Assembly (NCBI GenBank): GCA_040080935.1
Contig: JBEBHI010000001.1
Location: forward strand, 9,698 to 73,697
Reading direction: 5' to 3'
Source of the DNA: Terricaulis sp.
GTDB lineage: Bacteria; Pseudomonadota; Alphaproteobacteria; Caulobacterales; Aquidulcibacteraceae
DNA: 64,000 nucleotides
Shown here: piece by piece, positions 19,008-28,942 of the stretch
How positions within the stretch are numbered: position 1 is the first letter of the stretch
How the letters are laid out: each line of letters begins with the position of its first letter
Notes under the pieces: model-generated
What the model saw: the letters and a program-made list of their open reading frames with translations, nothing else
The model's database searches: none
What the model was told of the DNA's origin: nothing
Program-made: the position numbers and the translations under genes

Positions 19008-19421
19008 ATGAAGCGCGTCGTGATCCTCTATGCCTTGGGCTTGGCCGCGGGCGCCTTCCTGCTGCAATGGCTGCAGTACAATTACCTCGTCCGCGTCTTC
19101 TCGACGGAAATCTATATTGGCCTGATCGCAGTGGCCTTCGCCGGGCTAGGCGTTTGGGCCGGGATGCGGCTCGCGCGCCGTCCCGCCTCCGCAACGTTTG
19201 AAAAGAACACCGCCGCGATCGCCTCGCTCGGCATCACGCTACGCGAGCAGGAAGTGCTGGCGCACCTGGCGGCTGGCAAATCCAACAAGGAGATCGCCGA
19301 TAAGCTCGGCATCTCGCCCAACACCGTGAAGACCCAAGTCGCCAGCCTCTATCAAAAGCTCGAGGTCCAGCGCCGCACCCAAGCGGTACAGAAGGCGCGA
19401 GAACTGGCGCTTATCCCCTGA
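19008..19421 (+). CDS. membrane-anchored LuxR-family HTH regulator
   Basis: Two N-terminal TM helices followed by ITLREQEVL...GKSNKEIA...SPNTVKT. Confidence 0.88.
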   Translation: MKRVVILYALGLAAGAFLLQWLQYNYLVRVFSTEIYIGLIAVAFAGLGVWAGMRLARRPASATFEKNTAAIASLGITLREQEVLAHLAAGKSNKEIADKLGISPNTVKTQVASLYQKLEVQRRTQAVQKARELALIP

Positions 19422-19533
19422 GTTCGCCCCGCCAAACGGCCGATCTGGACGATTTGGTCCTTTCGGGTGATGGAATTTGCCGCCGCAACGCGGGCTAGCT
19501 CCGCTCATCACCAAGCAAGGAAGCGGGAAATTC

Positions 19534-20073
19534 ATGTTCGCAATCGCACTGAGATACGGCGCCATATCCGGCGCGATCGTCGTCAGCGTCATCATCGCCG
19601 GCATCTTCTTGGCGAGCGCCGGTCACCACGGCCACGGTCTCACCTCGCAGCTGTTCGGCTATCTGGTGATGATCATCGCGCTGTCGATGATCTTTCTCGC
19701 CGTCCGCGACCACCGCAACAAGAACCTCGGCGGCGTGATCAAGTTCTTACCGGCCTTTGGCCTGGGCCTGCTCGTCTCCCTCATTGCGGGCATCGCCTAC
19801 GCACTTGGTTGGGAGATTTACCTAGCGGCCACCCACTACACCTTCATGGACAATTACGTGACCCAAATGATCGAAGCCAAGCGCGCTGCCGGCATGACGG
19901 GCGAAGCGTTCGACGCTTACGTCGCGCAGCTTGAACAGATGAAGGAAATGTACCGCAATCCGCTCTTCCGCTTGCCGATGACCTTCATCGAGATTTTCCC
20001 CGTCGGCTTCCTGATCGCGCTGATCTCCGCCGCGATCCTCCGCAATCCCAAAGTCATGCCGGCGCGCGCTTAA
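19534..20073 (+). CDS. DUF4199-like membrane protein
   Basis: Four TM helices, LGGVIKF and TFIEIFPVG. Typical partner of the TM-LuxR gene. Confidence 0.75.
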   Translation: MFAIALRYGAISGAIVVSVIIAGIFLASAGHHGHGLTSQLFGYLVMIIALSMIFLAVRDHRNKNLGGVIKFLPAFGLGLLVSLIAGIAYALGWEIYLAATHYTFMDNYVTQMIEAKRAAGMTGEAFDAYVAQLEQMKEMYRNPLFRLPMTFIEIFPVGFLIALISAAILRNPKVMPARA

Positions 20074-20084
20074 GGAGCCACCAG

Positions 20085-20456
20085 ATGAAACTCGGTGCAT
20101 TCTCAATCAGCCTCGCCGTCAAAGACATCGCCGCATCGCGCGCGTTTTACGAAAAGCTCGGCTTCACCGCGTTCGGCGGCAATCAGGATCAGCGCTGGCT
20201 GATCATGAAAAACGAAACCACGCTCATCGGCTTGTTCCAGGGCATGTTCGACAAGAACATGCTGACGTTCAATCCAGGCTGGGACAGCGACGCCAAAGCC
20301 CTCGAAAGCTTTGATGACGTGCGCGAGATTCAAAAGCAGCTGAAGGCGAGCGAGATCACGCCCGCCGCTGAAGCGGATGAATCAACCAAAGGCCCCGCGC
20401 ACATCATGGTCGTCGATCCTGACGGCAATCAAATCCTGATCGATCAGCACCGCTAG
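20085..20456 (+). CDS. VOC family protein
   Basis: GAFSISLAVKDI, IGLFQGMF, DPDGNQILIDQH. AGGAG RBS. Confidence 0.88.
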   Translation: MKLGAFSISLAVKDIAASRAFYEKLGFTAFGGNQDQRWLIMKNETTLIGLFQGMFDKNMLTFNPGWDSDAKALESFDDVREIQKQLKASEITPAAEADESTKGPAHIMVVDPDGNQILIDQHR

Positions 20457-20525
20457 GCGCACCGTCAGCGTTTCGCTTGAGCCCCCGGCCGAGCCGATCT
20501 ATGGCAAAGCTGGGGGAGCAAGCTG

Positions 20526-21236
20526 ATGTTGATAGGCATATTCGTGCCGCGGGCCACGATCATGGGCCAAGGCACAATCGGCACCGGTGCGGCGCTGCTG
20601 GCGATCTTGGTCGTCGTCGGGCTGATCCATGCGTTTTTGGTCGCGGTATTTTCCGCGATCGCCGCAGCGATCGTAACCATCGGCCTACTCGCCGCTTCGA
20701 GCGCGTTTCGCTGGGATGCCAACTTCAAAACGCGTCCGCTGTTCAACGTGCTGGTCAACGCCTTCATGGCGATGACCGTGGTGACGTGGCTCCTCGATTT
20801 AGCGCTGCACAGCTACTTCTCCGTGCCAACGATGATCGTCGCGCTCGATCAGCAAGCCTGTGATCCGAATTGCCCGGCCTATGACGGCGTCTCGCGCGCG
20901 CTGATCCAATCCGTCCCGGATTATTACCGCGCCGCCGTCGCAGCCGCGCCCGGCGGCGGCTGGTTGCGCTATCTCGCGCAGAACATTCCTGGGCTCATCG
21001 CCTTTGCGTGGGTGCTCGGCAGCGGTGAGCCCGATGCGTTCCAAGACCGCATCGCCGCAAACATCGAGTTACCAAAGCCAGGTGAACGCTTCGCCGCCAG
21101 CGCGACGGCGCATCTTCAGCGCAACAAGCTGAAGCGCTTGGCAATCGTGAGCGTGATCAGCGTCGGCGCCGCGCTCGCGGTGGCGTTCCCGATTTTCGTT
21201 CAGCTGATGCTTGGCCTTCGAAGTTTGGCGCACTAA
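20526..21236 (+). CDS. hypothetical membrane protein
   Basis: Several hydrophobic helices. GGGGAG RBS-like sequence upstream. Fills the gap up to a terminator. Confidence 0.6.
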   Translation: MLIGIFVPRATIMGQGTIGTGAALLAILVVVGLIHAFLVAVFSAIAAAIVTIGLLAASSAFRWDANFKTRPLFNVLVNAFMAMTVVTWLLDLALHSYFSVPTMIVALDQQACDPNCPAYDGVSRALIQSVPDYYRAAVAAAPGGGWLRYLAQNIPGLIAFAWVLGSGEPDAFQDRIAANIELPKPGERFAASATAHLQRNKLKRLAIVSVISVGAALAVAFPIFVQLMLGLRSLAH

Positions 21237-21243
21237 CTCCGCT

Positions 21244-21274
21244 CGTCCCTTCTCCTAGTGAAGGAGAAGGGACG
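21244..21274. terminator. hairpin between convergent genes
   Basis: CGTCCCTTCTCCT-AGTGA-AGGAGAAGGGACG, a 13-bp stem. Confidence 0.6.
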
Positions 21275-21295
21275 CCAATCTCATGCGTCCGCGCG

Positions 21296-22468
21296 CTAGC
21301 GCTCCACGCACACAGCGATGCCCATGCCGCCGCCGATGCAGAGTGTGGCCAGGCCTTTGCTCTTGCCGCGGCGTTGCAGTTCGAACAGCAGCGTCGTCAG
21401 CACGCGTGCGCCCGAGGCGCCGATCGGGTGGCCGATGGCGATAGCGCCGCCATTGACGTTCACAAGATCGGTGTCCCAGCCCATGTCTTTGTTCACGGCG
21501 CAAGCTTGCGCGGCGAAGGCTTCGTTGGACTCGATCAAGTCGAGATCGCCGACCTTCCAGCCAGCGCGCTCAAGCGCAGCTTGCGATGACGGGATCGGGC
21601 CGGTGCCCATGACTGACGGATCAACACCGCGCGAGGCCCACGAGGCGATCCGCGCCAGCGGCGTTAGACCACGCTTTGCGGCTTCGTCCGCAGTCATCAG
21701 CACGAACGCAGCAGCGCCGTCATTGATGCCGGAGGCGTTCGCGGCCGTAACCGTGCCGTCCTTCTTGAAAGCTGCGCGCAGCTTGGCCGCGCCTTCGATG
21801 CTGGCGTCGTGTTTGATGTATTCGTCGTTCTCAACGATCACATCGCCCTTGCGGCCCGACACCGTCACCGCGACGATCTCGTCTTTGAACTTGCCGGCCT
21901 TCTGCGCCGCGCTCGCCTTGTGCTGGCTGAGCGTCGCGAACTGATCCTGCTGCTCGCGCGTGATCTGCCACTTCTCGGCGACATTCTCGGCGGTCATGCC
22001 CATGTGATATTGATTGAAGACGTCGGTCAGGCCGTCCTTGATCATCGTATCGCTGAAGGAAACATCGCCCATCTTGGTGCCAGTGCGCAGCATGGCGGCG
22101 TGCGGCGAGAGGCTCATGCTCTCCTGCCCGCCAGCGACAATGATCTTCGCGTCCCCGGCCTTCAGCTGCTGGTAGCCGACAACAACAGCCCGGAGGCCTG
22201 AGCCGCAGACCTGGTTCAACGACCAGGCCGGAGCGTCATCGGTAATGCCCGCTGCGCGGCTGGCCTGGCGGGCCGGGTTCATGCCTTGGTTGGCCGTCAG
22301 CACCTGGCCCAGCACCACTTCCGACACCTCTTTGGGGTCCACCTTTGCGCGTTGCAGCGCGCCGCTGATCGCGGTCTTTCCCAGCTCATGAGCGGGCACC
22401 GCAGCAAAAGCGCCGTTGAACGAGCCGACGGGCGTACGGGCGGCAGAAACGATGACGATATCTGTCAT
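21296..22468 (-). CDS. phbA: acetyl-CoA C-acetyltransferase (beta-ketothiolase)
   Basis: NQVCGSG, NEAFA, GHPIGASG, LCIGGG. Confidence 0.95.
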   Translation of the reverse strand: MTDIVIVSAARTPVGSFNGAFAAVPAHELGKTAISGALQRAKVDPKEVSEVVLGQVLTANQGMNPARQASRAAGITDDAPAWSLNQVCGSGLRAVVVGYQQLKAGDAKIIVAGGQESMSLSPHAAMLRTGTKMGDVSFSDTMIKDGLTDVFNQYHMGMTAENVAEKWQITREQQDQFATLSQHKASAAQKAGKFKDEIVAVTVSGRKGDVIVENDEYIKHDASIEGAAKLRAAFKKDGTVTAANASGINDGAAAFVLMTADEAAKRGLTPLARIASWASRGVDPSVMGTGPIPSSQAALERAGWKVGDLDLIESNEAFAAQACAVNKDMGWDTDLVNVNGGAIAIGHPIGASGARVLTTLLFELQRRGKSKGLATLCIGGGMGIAVCVER

Positions 22469-22713
22469 GTGAGCGGGCTCCTGAACGGGGCTAGGCTATT
22501 GGGCTGGAAGGGAGAGTTCTAAAGGTCCTATCGCACAAGCGGCGCGCGAAATCCACGCGGGCGGACTGCCTTCGCCACGCCTAAACGGCGGCTCTCTCTT
22601 GCATTGCGGCGAAGGAAGCTGGATTCTGTTCGAAAGCCCCGCCTTCGCGGGCGCCAAAAAACGAAGGCGTTAGCGCTGTTGCGCGGACCGCCTTAAGGAA
22701 GAGGGACACCCAA

Positions 22714-23367
22714 GTGGCGGATACGAGTGGCCCGGCAACGGGGGAAGCCGGCGGCGCTGAAGCTCAACAAGCCGAGCCGATCGTCATCAAGAAGTACGCC
22801 AACCGGCGTCTCTACAACACCGGCGAGAGCAAGTACGTCACGCTCGACGATCTCTCCGAAATGGTGCGCGCGAACACCGACTTCATCGTCCTCGACGCCA
22901 AGTCCGGTGACGACATCACCCGCTCAGTGCTGACTCAGATCATCTTCGAACAGGAGAGCAAAGGTCAGAGCATGTTGCCGGTGCAGTTCCTGCGCCGCCT
23001 CATCCGCTTCTATGGCGACCAGATGCAAGGCTTCCTGCCTCCGTATCTCGAGATGAGCATGGAGAGCTTCTCCAAGGCGCAAGAGCAGATGCGCGAGAAC
23101 ATGTCCCGCTCATTCGGCGCAGCGACGCCGATGGCCGCGTTCGAAGAACAAGCTCAACGCAACATGGCGCTGTTTCAGCAAGCCATGAAAGTCTGGGCTC
23201 CGTTCGCGGCGGGCAACATGTCGGGGATGCCAGGCATACCCGGAATGCCGGGCATGAATGCGCCGAAGTTCGACGCCGATGACGAAGACAAGGACGAACA
23301 GCTCGCTGAACTGCGCCGCCAAATGGAGCAGATGCAAAAGCAGCTCGACCTGATGGCGAAGCGCTAG
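22714..23367 (+). CDS. phaR: polyhydroxyalkanoate synthesis repressor
   Basis: IKKYANRRLYNT, DITRSVLTQII, FLRRLIRFYG. Divergent from phbA. Confidence 0.95.
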   Translation: MADTSGPATGEAGGAEAQQAEPIVIKKYANRRLYNTGESKYVTLDDLSEMVRANTDFIVLDAKSGDDITRSVLTQIIFEQESKGQSMLPVQFLRRLIRFYGDQMQGFLPPYLEMSMESFSKAQEQMRENMSRSFGAATPMAAFEEQAQRNMALFQQAMKVWAPFAAGNMSGMPGIPGMPGMNAPKFDADDEDKDEQLAELRRQMEQMQKQLDLMAKR

Positions 23368-24263
23368 TTCGTTAGCGTATCGCGCATTTCTATCGCGATC
23401 CGGCCAGTTTGCTGGCGTGCGCTCGTTGAGTGTGGATCCACGCTGTACAGGCCGGCCAAGTAGGCGCGGTCCCAATCGGTTATGCCTGTGCCGCCGCCGT
23501 TGAACAGGTTGAGCACCGTATCGAATTCGTGCGTATCTACGTCTGGCGCGATTTGCGCGAACGCGACCATCGCGACGTAGTCCGCCAGAGCATCGAGCCG
23601 CACAGCCGCGACGCGCGTTGCGTCGACGATGATCACAACATTCCGGAACTCTTGGCGCGTCGAGGCATGCGTTTGCGACGCCGTCAGCGGATTGGCGTGC
23701 ACCACCTCTGCGTGGAAGTGCGGTGACTGACTGCTGCCAGCCCACATCTGCGCCGGCACATTACGAAGCACCTGCCCGTCACGAGACACGGTTTGCGCGA
23801 CATGCCACCAGCGCACCGGGCGGTCCTCAGTGATGAAGCGCTCAAGCGCATCGGCGCCGCGCGTGTCGATATTTTCCTGCACGCCAGTATGCGCCACGAG
23901 ATAGCGTTGCTCTTCTGCGATGGCGCGGGCGAGATTTGAAGGATTTTGCGTGACCAGGATGAGGACGTTGGCATCGCAACCGGGCGCGCCAACATCTAGG
24001 TTCAGTTCAAGAGCACGTCGGCCAATGCGATCGGCCAGGAACTCACCTTGACGCCGGTTGAGGCCGATAACGCCCGGACACACACGATCATCGAACCGCG
24101 CCAGCTGATCTTCGCGATTGGTTGTCGCCGAGACACTGCGCGCGAACGCGCGGGCGGCCTCTTCAATGCGATAGCCCTCCACCACCACGTCAGGCTCTGG
24201 TTCCTGCGCGTAGGCGCTCATGGCGACGAACAGACCTGCCGCGGCGATGGTGAAAATACGCAT
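23364..24263 (-). CDS. secreted hypothetical protein
   Basis: Signal peptide (AYA-Q), EPDVVVEG, Cys pair, ALADYVAMVAFAQ, TDWDRAYL. GGAGG RBS before ATG 24263. Confidence 0.75.
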   Translation of the reverse strand: MRIFTIAAAGLFVAMSAYAQEPEPDVVVEGYRIEEAARAFARSVSATTNREDQLARFDDRVCPGVIGLNRRQGEFLADRIGRRALELNLDVGAPGCDANVLILVTQNPSNLARAIAEEQRYLVAHTGVQENIDTRGADALERFITEDRPVRWWHVAQTVSRDGQVLRNVPAQMWAGSSQSPHFHAEVVHANPLTASQTHASTRQEFRNVVIIVDATRVAAVRLDALADYVAMVAFAQIAPDVDTHEFDTVLNLFNGGGTGITDWDRAYLAGLYSVDPHSTSARQQTGRIAIEMRDTLTN

Positions 24264-24366
24264 GGACGCCTCCCTACGCAGATCGGAAGCGCGCGACGTC
24301 GTCGACGCAAGCGACGTTCGACGGTTTTCGATCACAGGCGGTTGAACGCAAGATCCGCTATGTCCG

Positions 24367-24391
24367 CGGGGCGGAGATCAACTCCGCCCCG
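24367..24391 (-). terminator. hairpin terminator
   Basis: CGGGGCGGAG-ATCAA-CTCCGCCCCG directly after the methyltransferase stop. Confidence 0.6.
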
Positions 24392-24396
24392 GAACA

Positions 24397-25215
24397 TCAT
24401 TGGCGTCGATTGACCGTCACCTTCAGGAACGTCGCTGGGATGCTCGTCACGTCCGCGCGGCCGCTCTTGTTCTGCGCCCCGAACAGCGCCTCAAGCTCAG
24501 CCTGCAATGCATCCGCCTTGCCGTTCTTCTCGGCCGCTTCAAACGCATTCATCGTCGGACCGTAGAAGCTGCGGAATTCGCGCACGAACTCCTTAGCCGA
24601 GCCCGCGAAGTTGAACGTGTAGGTCTGGCGCTCGCAGGTAATGTCTTCAGGCGAGACGCCCGCTGCACCGAAACGCTCCTTCACGTTTGTTTCCACGCCC
24701 CACGTCACCGGGCTGATGAAATCTTCGGGCGGCGGTGGAGTGTAAGCAGCGCTGATCTTGAGGATTTGCGCGACCAAAGTCGGATCGCCGGGGATCCAAT
24801 TGCCCATGACAATCCGCCCACCGGGCTTAGTCACGCGCACCATTTCCTTCGCGACATCGAACGGCTTAGGCGCAAACATCGCGCCGAAGATCGTGACAAC
24901 AAGATCGAATTGCTTGTCTGCGAGACCTTCGAGATTGGAAGCGTCGCCTTCTTGAAAGCGCACGTTCGTCAGGCCTGCCGCTTTCGCACGCGCGTTGCCC
25001 GCAGCAACGAGGTTCGCCGCGATATCGACGCCGAGCACGTCTGCGCCACGCTTAGCTGACGGCAGTGCCGTCGTGCCATCGCCGCAGCCAAGATCGAGGA
25101 CTTTCAGACCGGGCTTCACGCCCAAGCCTTCAATCAACGCTTCGCCGCTTTCACGCATAGTCGCGGCCAGTCGGGTAAAATCGCCCTTTTCCCAGAGCGC
25201 TTTATTCGGGTTCAT
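24397..25215 (-). CDS. class I SAM-dependent methyltransferase
   Basis: VLDLGCGDG, FQEGDA, FGAMFAP, KPGGRI. Confidence 0.9.
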   Translation of the reverse strand: MNPNKALWEKGDFTRLAATMRESGEALIEGLGVKPGLKVLDLGCGDGTTALPSAKRGADVLGVDIAANLVAAGNARAKAAGLTNVRFQEGDASNLEGLADKQFDLVVTIFGAMFAPKPFDVAKEMVRVTKPGGRIVMGNWIPGDPTLVAQILKISAAYTPPPPEDFISPVTWGVETNVKERFGAAGVSPEDITCERQTYTFNFAGSAKEFVREFRSFYGPTMNAFEAAEKNGKADALQAELEALFGAQNKSGRADVTSIPATFLKVTVNRRQ

Positions 25216-25284
25216 GTCGCACCTCTATCAGGGGCCATACATAGCTACGCTGATCACCTTCGCTGTGCCTCACGTCACGCGGCG

Positions 25285-26706
25285 CTAATTCCAAAGCGGC
25301 GGCTTGCGATCCTTCCAGGGCATCTCTTTTTCCAACTGTCCCGCAAGCCGGAAGAGCGTGGCTTCATCCGCGTAGCGGCTGGTGAACATCATGGCGATCG
25401 GCAGGCCACTCCCGCTGTGATGCAGTGGCAGTGACAAAGAAGGTTGTCCCGTCATGTTGAACGGCGGCGTGAAGCCGAACGTTGCGGCTTGGCGGCGATC
25501 GAACTCTTTCAGATCATCGGTCAGCGTATCGAGATAATCGACGCGCGGGACGTTGGTGCTGAGCACCGGCGTCAACCACACGTCCCACGTCTCGAACTTC
25601 TGCAAGATCTGCCGGTTCATCAGCCGCAATTGCTGCCAGCCCCAACCGGCATCCTGCGCCGTGAGCTTCTTGCCGGCTTCGTAGCCACGGCGCGCCAAGC
25701 CTTCGATGTCGTCGCCAGGCTCGCGGCCCTTGATCTCAACCCAGCGTTTGATGCTGGCCGAGAAGTTCGCAGCCGATACCAAACCCTGCGCGCGATAGAG
25801 CAGCCGATAGTCGATACCCAAGCCCTCTTCGCGCACGTCGTGCCCGAGCTTCGTCAGCGTCTCGGCGGTGCGTTCGAGCGCCGCGCGTATTTCTGGCTCG
25901 ATCGGTTTGCCGCTCGGCGTTTCGCTTGAGAACGCAATGCGCAGCTTTCCGGGCGACCGTGCGATCTCCTCAAGATAGGGCCGCTCCTTCGCAGGATAGG
26001 CAAACGGACTCGCAGGCTCCGGATAACCTGTCGCATCCAGCATTGCGGCGCTGTCGCGGACCGTGCGCGAGACGACGTGATCGACGCTAAAGCCGATGGC
26101 GCGATCCGTATCGTTCTGCCCGTTCGGATTGCGATCGCGCGTAGTCTTAAGGCCAACAAGCCCGCAGCACGCAGCCGGGATACGGATAGAACCCAGGCCA
26201 TCACTCGCGTGCGCCAGCGGCACGATGCCGGCAGCCACCGCGCTCGCTGCGCCGCCGGAGGACCCGCCAGAGATGTGATCGGTGTTCCAAGGATTGCGGC
26301 ACGGTCCCAACAACGCCGATGTCGTGACGCCTGGAATGCCGAACTCCGGCGTATTGGTTTTGCCCGCCAATACAACGCCCGATGCGCGATAGCGCTTCGT
26401 CAGTTCACTATCTTCGCCATCGGCATCGACTTGCGCGAAACGGCTCGCACTCGTGCGCGACCAATTCTTAACGCGCACGCCCAAATCCTTGATCAGAAAT
26501 GGCACGCCTTTGAACGGCCCGTCCGGCAAAGCGCCCGCCGCTGTCGCGCGCGCTTCGTCGTAGGCTTTGTAAACGACGGCGTTGAGTTTGGGGTTGTGGC
26601 GCTCAATTCGGTCGATTGCGGCTTCAAGCAGTTCCGCCGGCGTCGCGTCCCGATTGCGAACCAACTCCGCGAGCCCAAGCCCATCATAGTCCGCAAAATT
26701 CTGCAT
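25285..26706 (-). CDS. amidase (amidase-signature family)
   Basis: GVPFLIKDL, GKTNTPEFG, GGSSGG, SDGLGSIRIPA. Confidence 0.93.
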   Translation of the reverse strand: MQNFADYDGLGLAELVRNRDATPAELLEAAIDRIERHNPKLNAVVYKAYDEARATAAGALPDGPFKGVPFLIKDLGVRVKNWSRTSASRFAQVDADGEDSELTKRYRASGVVLAGKTNTPEFGIPGVTTSALLGPCRNPWNTDHISGGSSGGAASAVAAGIVPLAHASDGLGSIRIPAACCGLVGLKTTRDRNPNGQNDTDRAIGFSVDHVVSRTVRDSAAMLDATGYPEPASPFAYPAKERPYLEEIARSPGKLRIAFSSETPSGKPIEPEIRAALERTAETLTKLGHDVREEGLGIDYRLLYRAQGLVSAANFSASIKRWVEIKGREPGDDIEGLARRGYEAGKKLTAQDAGWGWQQLRLMNRQILQKFETWDVWLTPVLSTNVPRVDYLDTLTDDLKEFDRRQAATFGFTPPFNMTGQPSLSLPLHHSGSGLPIAMMFTSRYADEATLFRLAGQLEKEMPWKDRKPPLWN

Positions 26707-26776
26707 GCGCGCCTCCGTGATGGCTAACGCTAGCGGTTAATTTCCGTTTGGCACGTGAAATGCAGAAATTGCGAGC

Positions 26777-27013
26777 ATGAGCGCAGCCGCCGCCACCGTG
26801 CACGCACTCGACGCCGACTTCGAAGAAGTCGGCGATCAACGCCGGACGGACCGTCGCCATAGCGATCGCCGCGCACCACGCATGAAACTCGATCCGCTGT
26901 TCGCAGCGACGCTCGTCAACCAGGTTGCCCGCAAAGAAGCGACTGGGACCCATGGTTACGGGCGGCCATGGCGCGGCCCGCGTCCTGGCATCATCGTAAA
27001 CGTCCGCGCTTAG
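26777..27013 (+). CDS. small hypothetical protein
   Basis: 78-aa ORF filling the gap between the amidase and the HTH gene. Contains the repeat QRRTDRRHSDRR. Confidence 0.55.
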   Translation: MSAAAATVHALDADFEEVGDQRRTDRRHSDRRAPRMKLDPLFAATLVNQVARKEATGTHGYGRPWRGPRPGIIVNVRA

Positions 27014-27015
27014 CT

Positions 27016-27351
27016 CTAGCCGACGGCTTTTTTCTTCGTAGCCTCGAACTCCGCCAGCCACGTATCGATAGCGTCGAGCCGCGCTTCGATGCTCTCAATG
27101 CGATCGCCAGGATCGGCGCCCGGCGCAGACTCGCGAACAGCGACACCACTGCGGATGGTTATTTCCAACAGATCGGTTTCGAGCACGCGCGCGAACTCCG
27201 CGAGTTCAGCGGCTGTGGGTGAGCGTTCATTGGTGAAGATGAGATGCAGTTCGCTACGCTCGATGCCTGCGGCAACCGCGAGGCCTATCCGATCGGTGCC
27301 GCGTGCGGCCAAGCGTTGGTCGAACCAGTCTGCATCGAAGAAGAGCGCCAT
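27016..27351 (-). CDS. XRE-like HTH protein with C-terminal coiled coil
   Basis: MALFFDADWFD...LAVAAGIERSELHLIFTNERSP, an HTH-like pattern, followed by RIESIEARLDAID. Confidence 0.7.
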   Translation of the reverse strand: MALFFDADWFDQRLAARGTDRIGLAVAAGIERSELHLIFTNERSPTAAELAEFARVLETDLLEITIRSGVAVRESAPGADPGDRIESIEARLDAIDTWLAEFEATKKKAVG

Positions 27352-27504
27352 TCATCACCCTAGCTCAAGCGAAGCATAGCCCGGCGCCGAACCTGCAGGT
27401 GGGCGTCGAACTATGGCTTCGTTCATCATCCCCCGATTCGGCCGTTGGCTCGACTTCACGATCGCCCTGGCGCTCGGTTTGTGGTGCATGTGAGTAAACG
27501 CGAA

Positions 27505-27536
27505 ATAGGCGGCAGAGCTTGCGCTCCACCGCCTAT
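27505..27536 (-). terminator. hairpin terminator
   Basis: ATAGGCGG...GAGC-TTGC-GCTC...CCGCCTAT, followed by TTTCG on the minus strand. Confidence 0.55.
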
Positions 27537-27559
27537 CCGGTCGTTCACAATACCGTCGC

Positions 27560-28000
27560 TTAATGTTGGCCGGCGAATTCCACGTCGCGGCGGGCCGAGA
27601 TGATCGTAACCACCACGCCGGCGAGCACGTCGAGCAGCGCCATCACCAGGATCACGAAGAACGTGCTGGTGGCGAAAGCCGGGTGCAGCAGGAATTCAAC
27701 CAAGCAGATGATGAACACCAACATCGAGAGCGCGTGATTGAAAATCGCGGCCGTGCCGGTGGAGGTTGATTTCAGAAGCTCAATGAAGAGCAAGATGAGC
27801 GCGAGCAACACGAGCACGTCGCCGAAAGCGATCGTCCATTCGGCGCCTGACGCCATCGGCATACGGATCCATGCATCCTGCAAGTGCTGACGCACTGTCG
27901 CGCCGTCGCCGCTATTGGCCGCCGTCGCGCCGAATGCCCAGATGTTGTACGTCAAAACCGGGATTAGGATCAGCGGAAAAACGTTGAAAATAGCCCCCAT
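27560..28000 (-). CDS. conserved hypothetical membrane protein
   Basis: Four TM helices, ELLKST, NHALS, CLVEFLL, FATSTFF, DVLAG...ARRD. GGGGAG RBS. Confidence 0.8.
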   Translation of the reverse strand: MGAIFNVFPLILIPVLTYNIWAFGATAANSGDGATVRQHLQDAWIRMPMASGAEWTIAFGDVLVLLALILLFIELLKSTSTGTAAIFNHALSMLVFIICLVEFLLHPAFATSTFFVILVMALLDVLAGVVVTIISARRDVEFAGQH

Positions 28001-28089
28001 GGGACTCCCCTGCTGTTGCGTGCGAGACCGACGCCCCCGCGTCGCCGCCGTTTGTAAAGCCAGTCGTTCGCCCGGGTCGACACGATCGT

Positions 28090-28821
28090 TCATAACTCGT
28101 CCGCTCCCCCTGGCAGGCGCGCCCGGCTTCGTAGCCACATAACGCCCCAAAGGTCCGTCATGTTCGCGGCCAGTCTGCCGAGATTCGTGTACTTCGAGCG
28201 ACCCGCGCTCCGTTGTCGATGATTAACCTCCAAAAACTCCACTGCATAGCCTTCGCGCAGCATCAGTGCGGCCATGAAACGGTGCATATGGTCGAAGTAT
28301 GGGAGGCGTAAAAAAGCTTCTCGTTTGAACACTTTGACGCCGGAACCACTGTCCACGGCATTGTCCTTGAGCGCCGCACGGCGAATGGAATTGGCGATCC
28401 GAGATGCAGCGCGCTTGCTCCAATTGTCCTGCCGCTTGAGGCGGTTCCCGGCTACCATGCCCAAATTCGGCGGCGCCTCGGGGCGCGTGATCTTGGCCAA
28501 AAGCTTCGGCAGATCGGCCGGATCGTTCTGCCCATCGCCGTCGAGCGTGCCGATGATCGGCGCCCGCGCCGCCAGTACGCCGGTGCGCACAGCGCGGCTT
28601 TGGCCGGCATTGTTGCGGTGACCTAGCACGCGCAACGCGGGCATTTCCGCCTTCAGCGCCGCCAGTTCCGCACGCGTGTCATCGCGGCTCGCGTCATCGA
28701 CGAAGATCATCTCGTAGCTGCGCCCGTCGAGCACCGCTGCGATCTCACGCGCCAGGTTGGCGGCGTTGCCTTCCTCGTTCATGACCGGGACCACAACGCT
28801 GAATTCGATACTTTCGGCCAA
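28090..28821 (-). CDS. GT2 polyprenol-phosphate glycosyltransferase (DPM1/ArnC-like)
   Basis: SVVVPVMNEE, VDDASRD, NAGQSRA, TLDGDGQNDP, HMHRF. Probable TTG start. Confidence 0.9.
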   Translation of the reverse strand: MAESIEFSVVVPVMNEEGNAANLAREIAAVLDGRSYEMIFVDDASRDDTRAELAALKAEMPALRVLGHRNNAGQSRAVRTGVLAARAPIIGTLDGDGQNDPADLPKLLAKITRPEAPPNLGMVAGNRLKRQDNWSKRAASRIANSIRRAALKDNAVDSGSGVKVFKREAFLRLPYFDHMHRFMAALMLREGYAVEFLEVNHRQRSAGRSKYTNLGRLAANMTDLWGVMWLRSRARLPGGADEL

Positions 28822-28942
28822 ACGGCATCCCCGGGGGCGTGAAAAGCCGGGTCTCATAGCCGCTCCCGAGGCATGAGGCGAGTGGGCGCACCCGCGGAGG
28901 GCTGCAAACCGTCACACTCATCGGCCAAGTAGCGACCTTCTA

